A DNA stretch of 64,000 bases from an uncultured Alphaproteobacteria bacterium. Its GTDB lineage: Bacteria; Pseudomonadota; Alphaproteobacteria; Acetobacterales; Acetobacteraceae. The stretch is from positions 70,760 through 134,759 of the forward strand of contig CAVZTH010000043.1 of the NCBI GenBank assembly GCA_963778125.1, written 5' to 3'. A program made the translations under genes and the position numbers. The notes beneath the pieces are model-generated. The model was not told the DNA's origin. It worked only from the letters and a program-made list of their open reading frames with translations, and made no database searches. This document shows, in pieces, positions 44,080-54,965 of this stretch. Numbering within the stretch: the stretch's first letter is position 1; each line of letters starts with the position of its first letter.

Positions 44080-45157
44080 CACCGCTATCCCCAATCTTCT
44101 CGTAGGCCTCGATGTCTTCGCCAACCAGGTCGGCGGCGGCTCGGCCGTCGCGGTGCGCCTTGTACCAGCGGACGCTCCAGGCAAGAGCGTCCTCCAGGCC
44201 AAGACGGGGCTGCCAATTGAGGCGTGCCCGCGCTTTCGCTGCGTCGACGGCTAGTAATGCTGCCTCATGCAGTCCAGTTCCGCCGACCGCGGACCAGCTT
44301 GCCCCCTCGCCCCAGAGTGCGGTTACATGGTCGACAATGTGTCGCACCGGCTTCACGTCCTGAACGGCGGGCCCGAAATTCCAGGCCTCCGCAAAACCGG
44401 TTTCACCTTTCCAAAGGCATTCCGCCAGCAGCAGGTAGCCGCAGAGCGGCTCCAGCACGTGTTGCCAAGGGCGAGTGGCGGACGGATTCCGAATAGCAAT
44501 GCTCGCCCCGCTGCTGAGCGCGCGAATGCAGTCCGGAATAAGCCGGTCCTCCGCCCAGTCACCGCCCCCGATAACATTACCGGCGCGCGCGGATGCCATG
44601 GACACCTGCCTGCCCTCCAGCGCCGGAAAATAGGATCGCCGCCAGGCTGCCACGGCCAATTCGGCGCAGGCCTTGCTGGAGCTGTACGGGTCGTAGCCAC
44701 CGAGCGCATCATCCTCGCGATAAGCCCACGGCCACTCACGGTTCTCGTAGCACTTGTCGGTCGTCACGATCACCACGGACCGCACCGATGGCGTGCGACG
44801 AACCGCCTCCATCACGTGCACCGTTCCCATGACATTGGTTTGGAATGTCAGCACAGGCTCTCGGTATGAGCGCGTGACCAGCGACTGGGCCGCCAGATGC
44901 AGCACGACGTCCGGTGCGAAATCCTGCATCGCGCTCGACAGCGGGGTCTCTTCGCGAATGTCACCGTATACGCTGGTGATCAGCGCGCCGAGGCTCATCA
45001 GCGAGCTCAGGTTCTGTTCAGAATCGGGGGGCAGTGAGAATCCCATGACGTGGGCGCCCAGCCGATGCAACCACATGGACAGCCATGCACCCTTGAACCC
45101 GGTGTGGCCGGTCATAAAGACGCGCTTGCCCCGCCAAAACTGCGGACTCGGGATCAT
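44072..45157 (-). CDS. rfbG: CDP-glucose 4,6-dehydratase
   Basis: FWRGKRVFMTGHTGFKGAWL, HLAAQSLV, TTDKCY, DPYSSSK, RAGNVIGGGDW, RPWQHVLEPL. Confidence 0.95.
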   Translation of the reverse strand: MIPSPQFWRGKRVFMTGHTGFKGAWLSMWLHRLGAHVMGFSLPPDSEQNLSSLMSLGALITSVYGDIREETPLSSAMQDFAPDVVLHLAAQSLVTRSYREPVLTFQTNVMGTVHVMEAVRRTPSVRSVVIVTTDKCYENREWPWAYREDDALGGYDPYSSSKACAELAVAAWRRSYFPALEGRQVSMASARAGNVIGGGDWAEDRLIPDCIRALSSGASIAIRNPSATRPWQHVLEPLCGYLLLAECLWKGETGFAEAWNFGPAVQDVKPVRHIVDHVTALWGEGASWSAVGGTGLHEAALLAVDAAKARARLNWQPRLGLEDALAWSVRWYKAHRDGRAAADLVGEDIEAYEKIGDSGDA

Positions 45158-45484
45158 TAGACGCGCCAAGCCGCGGCCTCCTTTTGCCCCAGATCCTCTA
45201 ACCGCTTGAAACCGTCGTGCCGGTAGGCCATCAGCTCTCCATCCCTCGCCAGTCGCTCCAAAGACTCGTTCCTCCACACCGTTGCATCACCTTTAGTATA
45301 GCCGAACACGTGGGGCGACAGATTTCGACCGTGCCCACCGCATCGCCATTGGGAGGCTGCTGTGTGGCGGATTTTCCACGGTCTTTCGGAGCCACTGCAG
45401 CGTCACGACACTGCGAGCCGCTTGCGTGAGCGCGACAAAAGGTCGTCGCAGCCGCGCGCGCATTTGCCCCCACGAGAGCTGGGT

Positions 45485-47164
45485 TCAACGCAATCCGACC
45501 TTTCGGTAAATCCTCCGAATCCTTCTCAAGACGCTGTAAGCCCAGAATATTCCTGCGACGATCTTTGGGTATTGGGCTAGCTTCACTCCGATCATTGCCT
45601 CCCTCGATAGCTCCGGAATCGGGGCGGGGACAGGCGGAACCCCTCCATGCCGCTTTTTCATAAGCAGGAAGGCGTAAGGATAGCGAGACCGAAAGAACTC
45701 ACCTAAAATCGTGATCTCCTCGAACTCGTCCTTCCCGGCCGCCTCGAGCTCAGGGGTGGATGTCTTGATGAAGCCGCCCAAGCGGCGAAGGAAAAATACC
45801 CTCGCGTGCTCCAGCACCTTCAGTACGAAAACGTCGTCCAGCAGCGACCCGTGAACATGGCTATCCAACACGGCGCTGAAGATACGCACTGGTAGTCCAA
45901 AAGACGAAATGGCAATGAAATTGTCGGGAACGATGTCCTCTATCGTTTCGGTTTTTTGGCTGTGGACGAGCCTGGCCGGCGCGGAACCGCAGGTGGCCGT
46001 CCCGGCGTGATCTGTGACGGCATAATTCATATCAAGTGCTGCGACCGTCTCTGCTCCGCCGAGACAATACACATAGAAATTCTTGAAGTCCCTGACATAG
46101 TTCGGGAAGACTACCGTGCGGCTGTCGATAACGGACACGATACCGCCGGCAGGGAGCAACGCTCTGATCTTGTTACCGCAACCGAAGAAGACATCCAATG
46201 GGTTATCATCGTCCGGGTAGACCACGATAATGTCGACGATGACGCGAAAGAACGTCGCGAGGCGATCAAGATCCTCACGGAAAGTCTGGCGGCACAGAAC
46301 GACCACGCGCTCAGGTTTAGTGAACTGCGCACACACAGCCAGCAGCGCCTCCTGGACAGTATCATGGTCTTCATGATCGATTTTCACGATGATCGTCGCG
46401 TCGGGCGCGCGCACGTGGGCCAAACTTGATTCAAGCACGGGGATCACCTCATGCTTATAGAAATCGCGAGTGTTCCCGAATGCCGGGGCGAGCTGTATTG
46501 GACCCATTGAGGTAATGAGCGCCTTGTTTCCATAGATCCTGGAAAGTAGCCGCCCGAGATAAACCGAGCGCTCTCGCCATTCCTGCACATTGCCCTGCCC
46601 GAGATGGCGGAGCGGGAGATTGATAACGAAGGCCGGAAGACCCTGCCGCCAGGATTGGATACAGAGCAATGTATCATAGTGGTGGAACCCGCGAAAATTC
46701 GGCTCGAATTTAATATCGAGGGTCCTATGGATGACTAGGATATGTCCGTCCAGGTGCACCGCAGGAAGCGGCCGCCAGAACGGATAGAGGATGCCATGGA
46801 CGTCAACCACGTTCCGTACGATTTTGAAGTAAGGAAAAGTAACGCCCGCCGCGCCAAGAACGCCCCACTTCACGCCAGCCTGTTCAATGATCGCGATCTG
46901 CTCGATCAGTCGCTCAAAAAAGTCCTCTCCGAAGAAAATGTCCGCGTGCATGACGATTAGATTCTTGTCGCGATGCCGCTGCTTCACCAATTCAATGAAT
47001 GAGAAATAGTCAAGCCGGCTTTCAAAGTTGCGAACGATGTCGGTCGACATCTTGGTCTCGATCTGCCACCGTTCAATGCTTCTCAGAGTGGCCGAGGTGT
47101 TGAGGTGATACTCGCCCACCAAGACGGCAACGACGTAATCGGCAAGCTCTCCAAGGCGTGTCAT
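45485..47164 (-). CDS. Glycosyltransferase-like protein (two GT-A-like regions)
   Basis: IVMHADIFF, WGVLGAAG, HLDGHIL, FHHYDTLLC, RHLGQG followed by a second degenerate GT2-like region; lies inside the glycan locus. Confidence 0.65.
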   Translation of the reverse strand: MTRLGELADYVVAVLVGEYHLNTSATLRSIERWQIETKMSTDIVRNFESRLDYFSFIELVKQRHRDKNLIVMHADIFFGEDFFERLIEQIAIIEQAGVKWGVLGAAGVTFPYFKIVRNVVDVHGILYPFWRPLPAVHLDGHILVIHRTLDIKFEPNFRGFHHYDTLLCIQSWRQGLPAFVINLPLRHLGQGNVQEWRERSVYLGRLLSRIYGNKALITSMGPIQLAPAFGNTRDFYKHEVIPVLESSLAHVRAPDATIIVKIDHEDHDTVQEALLAVCAQFTKPERVVVLCRQTFREDLDRLATFFRVIVDIIVVYPDDDNPLDVFFGCGNKIRALLPAGGIVSVIDSRTVVFPNYVRDFKNFYVYCLGGAETVAALDMNYAVTDHAGTATCGSAPARLVHSQKTETIEDIVPDNFIAISSFGLPVRIFSAVLDSHVHGSLLDDVFVLKVLEHARVFFLRRLGGFIKTSTPELEAAGKDEFEEITILGEFFRSRYPYAFLLMKKRHGGVPPVPAPIPELSREAMIGVKLAQYPKIVAGIFWAYSVLRRIRRIYRKVGLR

Positions 47165-47693
47165 CTTCGAGTTCCCAGCGAGCCGGAAGTCATGGCATAA
47201 CGAATCGGCTGTCGGGGTGGGAATAGTGAATCAAAGCAGTTGGGGATAGCCCCCTGAAAGCAGAATCAAAGGGATCGACGGTTGCGTACAAGCCGTCGCG
47301 GTCTGGCTAGGGGTTATTGGGTGTCGCATGACCGTAGGGGTTGAGGAACAGCCCGCGACGGTTGTAATGGGTCAGCCATAGGCGGCTCGGCTCGTTGAAA
47401 ATCAGCGGCGGCAATGCCACGAGCCGCCGCTTGCCGACGATGTGCAGCCCACGTCCCAAATTTGCGGCAGTCCAGGAATACCTGATCCCGCTGGACGGTG
47501 AGTCCCCGTCCTATCAGGAGCCGGATGCGCAAATCTGGCGGCTCGTCGAGGTTAGGGGACGCTGCTTTCTCGCCAGACTATACGTCGCCGTGCTGGATCG
47601 TCTAGATGGAGCAGGAGAGATTCGGCCGGTAGTGGAGGCATCCTTGACGGGAGCCGCCGGTTTGAAGTTGCCTCAGCCCCAACATCGAGGAGC

Positions 47694-48470
47694 ATGGATT
47701 TGACGAAAGCAGTTATTCTTGCCGGCGGCTACGGTACCCGTCTGATGGAGGAAACCGAGACTCGTCCTAAGCCGATGATAGAGATCGGCGGAAAGCCGAT
47801 CATCTGGCATATCATGAAGATATATTCGGCTCACGGGATTAACGAATTCATTATCTGTCTTGGTTACAAGGGCTACATGTTGAAGGAGTATTTTAGCAAC
47901 TATTACCTCCACATGGCTGATGTTATTTTTGACATGAGCAACAATACGACGACAATGCTGGCCGGCAAGGCAGAAAAATGGAAGGTTACATTAATAGATA
48001 CCGGTCAGGATACCATGACCGGCGGACGGTTGAAGCGGATCGCATCGCATCTCGACAATGACGATTTCTGCATGACGTATGGGGATGCTGTCACTACGCT
48101 GGACGTGACAAAGACGATCGAGTTTCATCGGTCCCATGGTAAGCTTGCGACCGTAACGGCGGTGCGGCCTCCAGGCCGGTTCGGTGCGCTCGATATCCAT
48201 GACAACGTGGTCCAGGGATTTCGGGAGAAGCCTCACGGCGACAATCAATGGATCAATGGTGGGTTCTTCGTGCTCTCGCCCAAGGTCCTCGAGGTTGTCG
48301 AGGGCGATGAGACTGTCTGGGAGAAAGACCCTATGGAGGCGCTTGCGCGCTCCGGGGAGTTAAGAGCCTACGAACACGACGGCTTTTGGCAGCCCATGGA
48401 TACATTGCGCGAAAAGAAATTGCTAGAGGATCTCTGGAACCAGGGCAACGCGCCATGGAAAGTCTTCTGA
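47694..48470 (+). CDS. rfbF: Glucose-1-phosphate cytidylyltransferase
   Basis: KAVILAGGYGTRL, PKPMIEIG, TMTGGRLKR, TYGD, WINGGFF, FWQPMDTLR, APWKV. Confidence 0.95.
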   Translation: MDLTKAVILAGGYGTRLMEETETRPKPMIEIGGKPIIWHIMKIYSAHGINEFIICLGYKGYMLKEYFSNYYLHMADVIFDMSNNTTTMLAGKAEKWKVTLIDTGQDTMTGGRLKRIASHLDNDDFCMTYGDAVTTLDVTKTIEFHRSHGKLATVTAVRPPGRFGALDIHDNVVQGFREKPHGDNQWINGGFFVLSPKVLEVVEGDETVWEKDPMEALARSGELRAYEHDGFWQPMDTLREKKLLEDLWNQGNAPWKVF

Positions 48471-48531
48471 CAGGATGCACCTCATCGAGACGACACCATG
48501 AGAGGCGATTAACGAAAGTTACGCTGCCTGC

Positions 48532-48618
48532 TCGGTTCCCGCTGGGCGGCCACGGGTGGGCGGCGACAACTCTGGCGCCGCCCACCCAGTGGTCTCGGGT
48601 CAGTGGCTCGGGAGCCGA
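48532..48618. terminator. GC-rich nested hairpin between convergent genes
   Basis: Perfect 12-bp stem gggtgggcggcg (48554-48565) / cgccgcccaccc (48576-48587); outer arm tcggttcccg / cgggagccga. No clear U-tract. Confidence 0.45.
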
Positions 48619-48655
48619 ACCGGGCAACGCGTCCGGGTTTGGGTCACAGGCCGGA

Positions 48656-49279
48656 CTAAATCGTGGCCCTTCGTTGTAGAACCTGTTGCGGGTTGACGAA
48701 ACCTGCGATCTGCGGCCCGGGTTGGTTGGCGTAGTTCCCGTCCGCCGGCTGGTTCGCATAGGGCGAGGCGTCGTTCACGACCGGCGCCCCCATGCCGCCC
48801 TGCGGATTGCCGGGAACGTTGATCGGGGCGGGCGGCGCCTTCGCATCACGGTTCAATTGCGCGTCGTTCTCTTGCCACTTGCTGAAGTCGCGGGCCTGGG
48901 CGATGGGTTGGATCATGTGCGGCTTCCAGTCCGCGGCCGGGCCTCCGCCGCCGAAGTTTTCGACGCAAATCACCTGGTAGAATTTCTGGTCGAGCATGAC
49001 CTCGATCACCTCGGCGAGGCCGCTTTTTGGGCAGAGCGCCACGCAGGGGACCTTGCTGGTGAAGTAGCGGTTAAGGGGAAAGAGCAGGTTCTTGTCGGAA
49101 ACCGAGGGCGTGCCCGGGCGCTTGTCGATACCGGTTTTCGCCGCATCGGCAAGGGCGCCACCGGTGTAATCCAGGTTGACGTTGATATTTCCGGTGTTCT
49201 GCAGAGTGGGGACGATGAGGTTTTGCTCCTGCGGCGCCTGGATCAGGCGGTCGAGCGCGAAGGCGAAGTTGATCGGCAT
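48656..49279 (-). CDS. Hypothetical protein (207 aa) with a Pro/Gln/Asn-rich C-terminus
   Basis: AAGGA RBS before ATG 49279 (MPINFAF), GC-biased third codon positions; no family recognised. Confidence 0.7.
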   Translation of the reverse strand: MPINFAFALDRLIQAPQEQNLIVPTLQNTGNINVNLDYTGGALADAAKTGIDKRPGTPSVSDKNLLFPLNRYFTSKVPCVALCPKSGLAEVIEVMLDQKFYQVICVENFGGGGPAADWKPHMIQPIAQARDFSKWQENDAQLNRDAKAPPAPINVPGNPQGGMGAPVVNDASPYANQPADGNYANQPGPQIAGFVNPQQVLQRRATI

Positions 49280-49553
49280 GGTAGTGTCCTTGAAGCGAGA
49301 TGGGGGTTGCCGCGGCCCGTCGTGGGCGGCGGCGGGCGCCCTCTTAGGCCGCACCTTGTGGGCGCTGTGTGACGGGGGTCACCGGGATCGCGTTTTTGCC
49401 CGAGGCGGCGCAGTGCGCGGGCTCGCGCCTGGGATTGGCCGCGACATCGGCTGGGGCGTCGATGCGCGTCAGCTCTGGCCCCGCATTGCGCACGACCGAC
49501 GATCGACCGTAGCTTACCGGCCGGTATCGAAGTGACAGAGCTAGCAGGAAGCG

Positions 49554-51168
49554 ATGGCCGACGAAAACGTCACCCAACCCCAGGCCGAGCCGCTGCACCT
49601 TAGCCCGGTGGGTTGGGAAGCCGAACTGGCCGAACTCCGTCAACGTCAGGCGCTCGCCAGGGAACTAGGCGGCAAGGATCGTGTCGCCCGCCAGCACGCC
49701 GGCGGCCGGCTGACGGTCCGCGAGCGAATCGACCGGATGCTCGACCCCGGCACCTTCAGGGAAGTTGGCAGCATCGCCGGCAAAGCGAGCTACGACGCGA
49801 AGGGCGACATCACCGGCTTCATCCCAGGCAACTGCGTATTCGGGCGCGGCACGGTTGACGGACGCCCCGTCGTCATCGCCGGCGACGACTTTACCCTTCG
49901 GGGCGGATCCGCCGATGCCTCCATCAAGGGCAAGCCCAAGATGTCGGAGGACATCGCAACCCAGTTCCGCATGCCGATCATCCGGCTGATCGAAGGTTCA
50001 GGTGGCGGCGGATCGGTCAAGACCATTGAAACCACGGGCCGGGCAAACCTGCCGGGCGGACTGACCGAGACCACGTCGTTCGACCTCGTCGCTAATCAAA
50101 TGTCCCAGGTTCCGGTTGTCGGGCTGGGGCTGGGATCGGTCGCGGGCCTCGGCGCCGCGCGATTGGTCGCGTCGCATTACTCGGTCATGGTCAAGGAGAT
50201 CGCCGCTGTCTTTGTTGCCGGGCCGCCGGTGGTGGAACGGTTGGGCGAACCACGCTCCAAGCAGGAACTCGGCGGCTGGCAGATCCAGTTGCGCTGTGGC
50301 GCCGTCGACCATGCGGTCGATACCGAGGACGAAGCATTCGAAGCCGTTCGGCGGTTCCTGTCGTACCTGCCCAGCTCGATCCACGATGTGCCACCGCGCG
50401 TGCGGGGGTGGGACGATCCGCATCGCCGCGACGAATCGCTGATCTCGGCGATTCCGAAGGTCAAGAAGCAAGCCTATCACATGCGGCGGATCATCGGATC
50501 GATATTCGACAAGGACAGCTTCTTCGAGATGGGTGCGCTGTTCGGCCGGTCGATCATCACCGGCTTTGCCCGTTTGGACGGCTGGCCCGTCGCGGTGATG
50601 GCGGGCGACCCGCTGTTCGACGGCGGCGCCTGGACCGCGGACGCGTGCAACAAGATCATCCGATTCGTCGACATGGCGCAGACTTTCCATCTGCCGGTGG
50701 TGCATCTGGTCGATTGCCCAGGGTTCCAGGTCGGCCTGCGTGCCGAGAGCACCGCCGTCATCCGCTGGGGCGTTCGCGCGCTGTCCGCCATCAACCAGAC
50801 CACCGTGCCGTGGTGCAGTATTATAGTGCGCAACTGCTACGGGGTCGGCGGCCTCGGGCACCAGCCGGTCGGTCATCTGTGCGTGCGCTACGCCTGGCCC
50901 TCCGCGAGTTGGGGGTCGCTGCCGCTGGAAGGCGGCATTGAGGCTGCCTATCGCGCCGACATCGACGCCGCGCCGGACCCAGGCCGCGAAGCTGGACGAA
51001 ATCGAGGAACGGCTGAACCGTTTGCGCTCCCCCTACCGCACCGCCGAAGCCTTCTGGGTCGAGGAGGTGATCGACCCCCGTGATACGCGGAAGTTGTTGT
51101 GCGATTTCGCTGATCTGGCGGCACCATTGCGCACGCCCGGCCGTTCTACGTTCGGGATGCGACCCTGA
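49554..51168 (+). CDS. Acyl-CoA carboxylase beta subunit (carboxyltransferase; frameshift near 50980)
   Basis: GRLTVRERID, GDDFTLRGG, VAGPPVV, GFARLDG, LVDCPGF, EEVIDPRDTR. Confidence 0.9.
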
Positions 51169-51317
51169 CATGAAAGGCGCACTGATTGCTCGATCCCAGG
51201 ATCGGGCCTACTTTGAGTTGACCGAGACTATGCCCGGGCGGCACAAGGCTCGGCCGAACGGAGTTGGAGGCCCACGGCAAGTGAGCCCAGGCCACCGCGG
51301 AGGAAGAGGAGTCCGAG

Positions 51318-53109
51318 TTGCAGCCGACCGACATCCAGGATCCCGACTATTTCCATAAGGTCGTCGATTGCCAGTGGGCTTGCCCCGCCCATACCCCGGT
51401 CCCGGAATACATCAGGCTGATCGCCGCCGGGCGGTATGCCGATGCCTTCATGATCAACTGGCAGTCCAACGTCTTTCCGGGGATTCTCGGGCGAACGTGC
51501 GACCGCCCGTGTGAGCCGGCCTGCCGCCGAGGCCGGGTGGAAGAAGAACCTGTAGCCATTTGCCGGCTGAAACGGGTTGCCGCGGATTACAAGGGCGATG
51601 TCAGCCACCTCATGCCCGGCGCGCCGGCGACGCGCAACGGCAAGCGGATCGCCCTGGTCGGCGCCGGCCCGGCCTCTTTGACCGTGGCGCGCGATCTCGC
51701 CCCGCTGGGCTATCACATCGTGATTTATGATGGCGACGAGCGGGCCGGCGGGATGATCCGCAGCCAGATTCCCGAAATTTCGCCTGCCGGAAGAGGTGAT
51801 CGACGAGGAAGTCGGCTACATCGCCGCCATGGGTCCCGAGATGCGGCTCGGCCAGCGCGTTGACAGCCTGAAATCACTACTGAACGAAGGATACGACGCG
51901 GTTTTCGTCGGGTCCGGCGCGCCGCGTGGCCGCGATCTGAATATTCCGGGCCGGCAGGAGGCCGCGGCCAACATCCATATCGGAATCGACTGGCTGTCCT
52001 CGGTCTCCTTCGGTCATATCAGCAAGATCGGCCGGCGCGTGATCGTGCTGGGCGGCGGCAACACGGCGATGGATTGCTGCCGCTCCTCGCGGCGCCTCGG
52101 CGGCGAGGACGTCAAGGTCATCGTCCGCTCCGGGTTCGAGGAAATGAAGGCCTCGCCGTGGGAAAAGGAAGACGCGATCAACGAGGACATCCCGATCCTG
52201 AACTACCTCGTGCCCAAGGAATTCAAGCACCACAACGGCCGGCTCTATGGCATGACGTTCGAGAAGGTGAAGGCCGAATACGACGCCCGCGGCCGCCGCA
52301 AGCTGGTGCCGACCGGCGAGCCCGATCCGTTCTTTGAATGTGACGACGTGCTGGTCGCGGTCGGCCAGGAAAACGCGTTTCCCTGGATCGAGCGCGACAT
52401 CGGCCTGGCGTTCAACGAATGGGACATGCCGGTGGTGGACGAAACCACCTTCCAGTCCACCGAACCGCGCGTCTTCTTCGGCGGCGACTCGGCGTTCGGG
52501 CCGAAGAACATCATCTGGGCCGTAGCGCACGGCCATCAGGCGGCGATCTCGATCCATCAGTTCTGCCAGGGTGCGGACGTGAAGGACCGGCCGCCGCCGA
52601 TGGTGACCCTCGCCAGCCAGAAAATGGGCATCCATGAGTGGAGCTATGATAACGGCGTCTCGCTCGATCTGCGCTTCAAGGTGCCGCATCGGGACAAGCT
52701 GATCGCGTTGAAGGACATCAAGGCCGAGGTCGAACTCGGCTTCGATGACAAGCTCGCCTTCGCCGAAGCACAGCGCTGCCTGAACTGTGACGTGCAGACG
52801 GTGTTCTCCGACAGTCTGTGCATCGAGTGCGACGCCTGCGTCGATATCTGCCCGGTCGATTGCATCACCTTTACCGCCGATGGGCCGGAAGACGAGCTTC
52901 GGACCCGCCTGACCGCGCCGGCGCATAACAAGGAGCAGGCGCTGTACGTGTCCGGACATCTGAAGACCGGCCGGATCATGGCGAAGGATGAGGATGTCTG
53001 CCTGCATTGCGGGCTTTGTGCCGAGCGCTGCCCGACCGGCGCGTGGGATATGCAACGTTTCTTGATCGATGTGGCCCAAGCGAGTATGAACGCATGCTGC
53101 AGCAAGTAG
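51318..53109 (+). CDS. GltD-like FAD/NADPH oxidoreductase with a C-terminal 2[4Fe-4S] ferredoxin domain (frameshift near 51780)
   Basis: CQWACP, LGRTCDRPCE, VGAGPAS, LGGGNTAMD, CIECDACVDICP, CLHCGLCAERCP. Confidence 0.9.
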
Positions 53110-54965
53110 ACCGCGTGGCAACAGGGGGCGAAGGCCTCCAGCGGGTCAACGAGTTCGTTGTAAAATTTGCCAACGTCAACGGATCGGGTTCAGCCAGCGC
53201 CAACGCGCTGTTCGCCAAGGCCGTCCTGCGCATGGGCATGGTGGCGACGCCACGCAACATCTTTCCGTCGAACATCCAGGGTCTGCCGACCTGGTACGAG
53301 GTGCGGATTTCCGAGGCCGGACATCTCGCCGCGCGCGGCGGCGGCGTGGACCTGATGGTCGCGATGAACCCGCAGACCTGGGACCAGGACGTTAAGTCGC
53401 TCGAACCCGGCGGATACCTGTTCTACGACAACACCAAGCCGATGCCGCCGGAGAAATTCCGGTCCGACATCGTGGTGCTCGGCGTGCCGCTGACCGAGAT
53501 GACGAACAAGGCTTACAACGACTTCGCGCCAGCGCCAGTTGTTCAAGAACATCGTCGGCCTTGGCGCGTTGTCGGCGCTGCTGGACATGGATCCGTCGGT
53601 CATCGAGCAGTTGCTGGGCGAGCAGTTCAAGGGCCGCGACAAGCTGATCGCCGCGAACGTGCAGGCGCTGCACATGGGCCGCGACTGGGTGAAGGAGAAC
53701 ATGGAATACCCGATCGGCCTGACGTTCCGTCACGCCAACTCGGTGGGCGACCGGATCTTCATCGACGGCAACAGCGCCGCGGCGTTGGGTGCGGTGTATG
53801 GCGGGGCGACGGTCTGCGCCTGGTATCCGATCACGCCGTCTTCGTCGCTGGCCGAGGCGTTCTCCCGCTATTGCGGCCGGCTGCGCGTCGACAAGGCGAC
53901 CGGCAAGAACAACTTTGCCATCGTCCAGGCCGAGGATGAGCTGGCCTCCATCGGCATGGTCATCGGCGCGGCCTGGAACGGCGCTCGCGCCTTCACCGCG
54001 ACCTCCGGCCCCGGCATCTCGCTGATGCAGGAGTTCATCGGGCTGGCGTATTTCGCCGAAATACCGGCGGTGATCTTCGACGTGCAGCGCGCCGGGCCAT
54101 CCACCGGCATGCCGACACGGACGCAGCAGACCGACATCACGGCCTGCGCCTACGCCTCTCACGGCGACACCAAGCATGTCCTGCTGATGCCGGAAGACCC
54201 TTACGAGTGCTTCGAGTTCGCCGCGCTGGCGTTCGATCTGGCGGACCGGCTGCAAACCCCGATCTTCGTCATGCTCGATCTGGAAATCGGCATGAATGAC
54301 CGATTGACCAAACCGTTCCAGTGGGACGACAGCCGCCGCATGGACCGCGGCAAGGTGATGACCGCCGAGGACCTTGAAGCGGGAAAACTGTTCGGCCGCT
54401 ATCTGGATGTCGATGACGACGGCATCACTTACCGCACCCTGCCGGGCACGCATCCGACCAAGGGCGCGTTCTTTACCCGCGGGACTTCGAAGAACCGCAT
54501 GGCGCGCTACTCCGAGGAGGGCGCGGACTATCAGGAGAACATGGAGCGTCTGCTGAAGAAGCATCGCACCGCTCGGACCCTGGTGCCGCCGGCGATCGAA
54601 CGGAAGGCGGACGCGCCGACCCGATTCGGGGCGATCTATTACGGGTCCACCACCCCGCCGATGGTCGAAGCGGACATGATGCTGGCCGAGCAAGGCATCC
54701 ACCTCGATCTGCTGCGGGTGCGCGGGTTTCCCGTTCGGCGATGAGGTCGCGGCGTTTATCGAGGCGCATGACCACGTGTTCGTTGTCGAACAGAACCGGG
54801 ACGGCCAGCTTCGGTCGCTGCTGGTGAACGAACTGGAAATCGATCCCAAGCGGCTGGGCAAGGTGGTGCACTACGACGGCACGCCGATCAGCGCTCGTTT
54901 CATCGCCGGCGCGATCGTGGAGCATTTGGAACGCGCTGGGCGTATCGAAAAGGCTCGTGTCATGA
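53094..54965 (+). CDS. korA: 2-oxoacid:acceptor oxidoreductase alpha subunit (frameshifts near 53525 and 54735)
   Basis: FANVNGSGSAS, YPITPSS, QAEDE, TSGPG, QRAGPSTGMPT, VVEQNRDGQ. Substrate specificity not determined. Confidence 0.85.

Noticed and set aside
47395-47703. 102-aa ORF upstream of rfbF
   Set aside because: No convincing RBS or motif; more likely the divergent promoter region or a decayed fragment.
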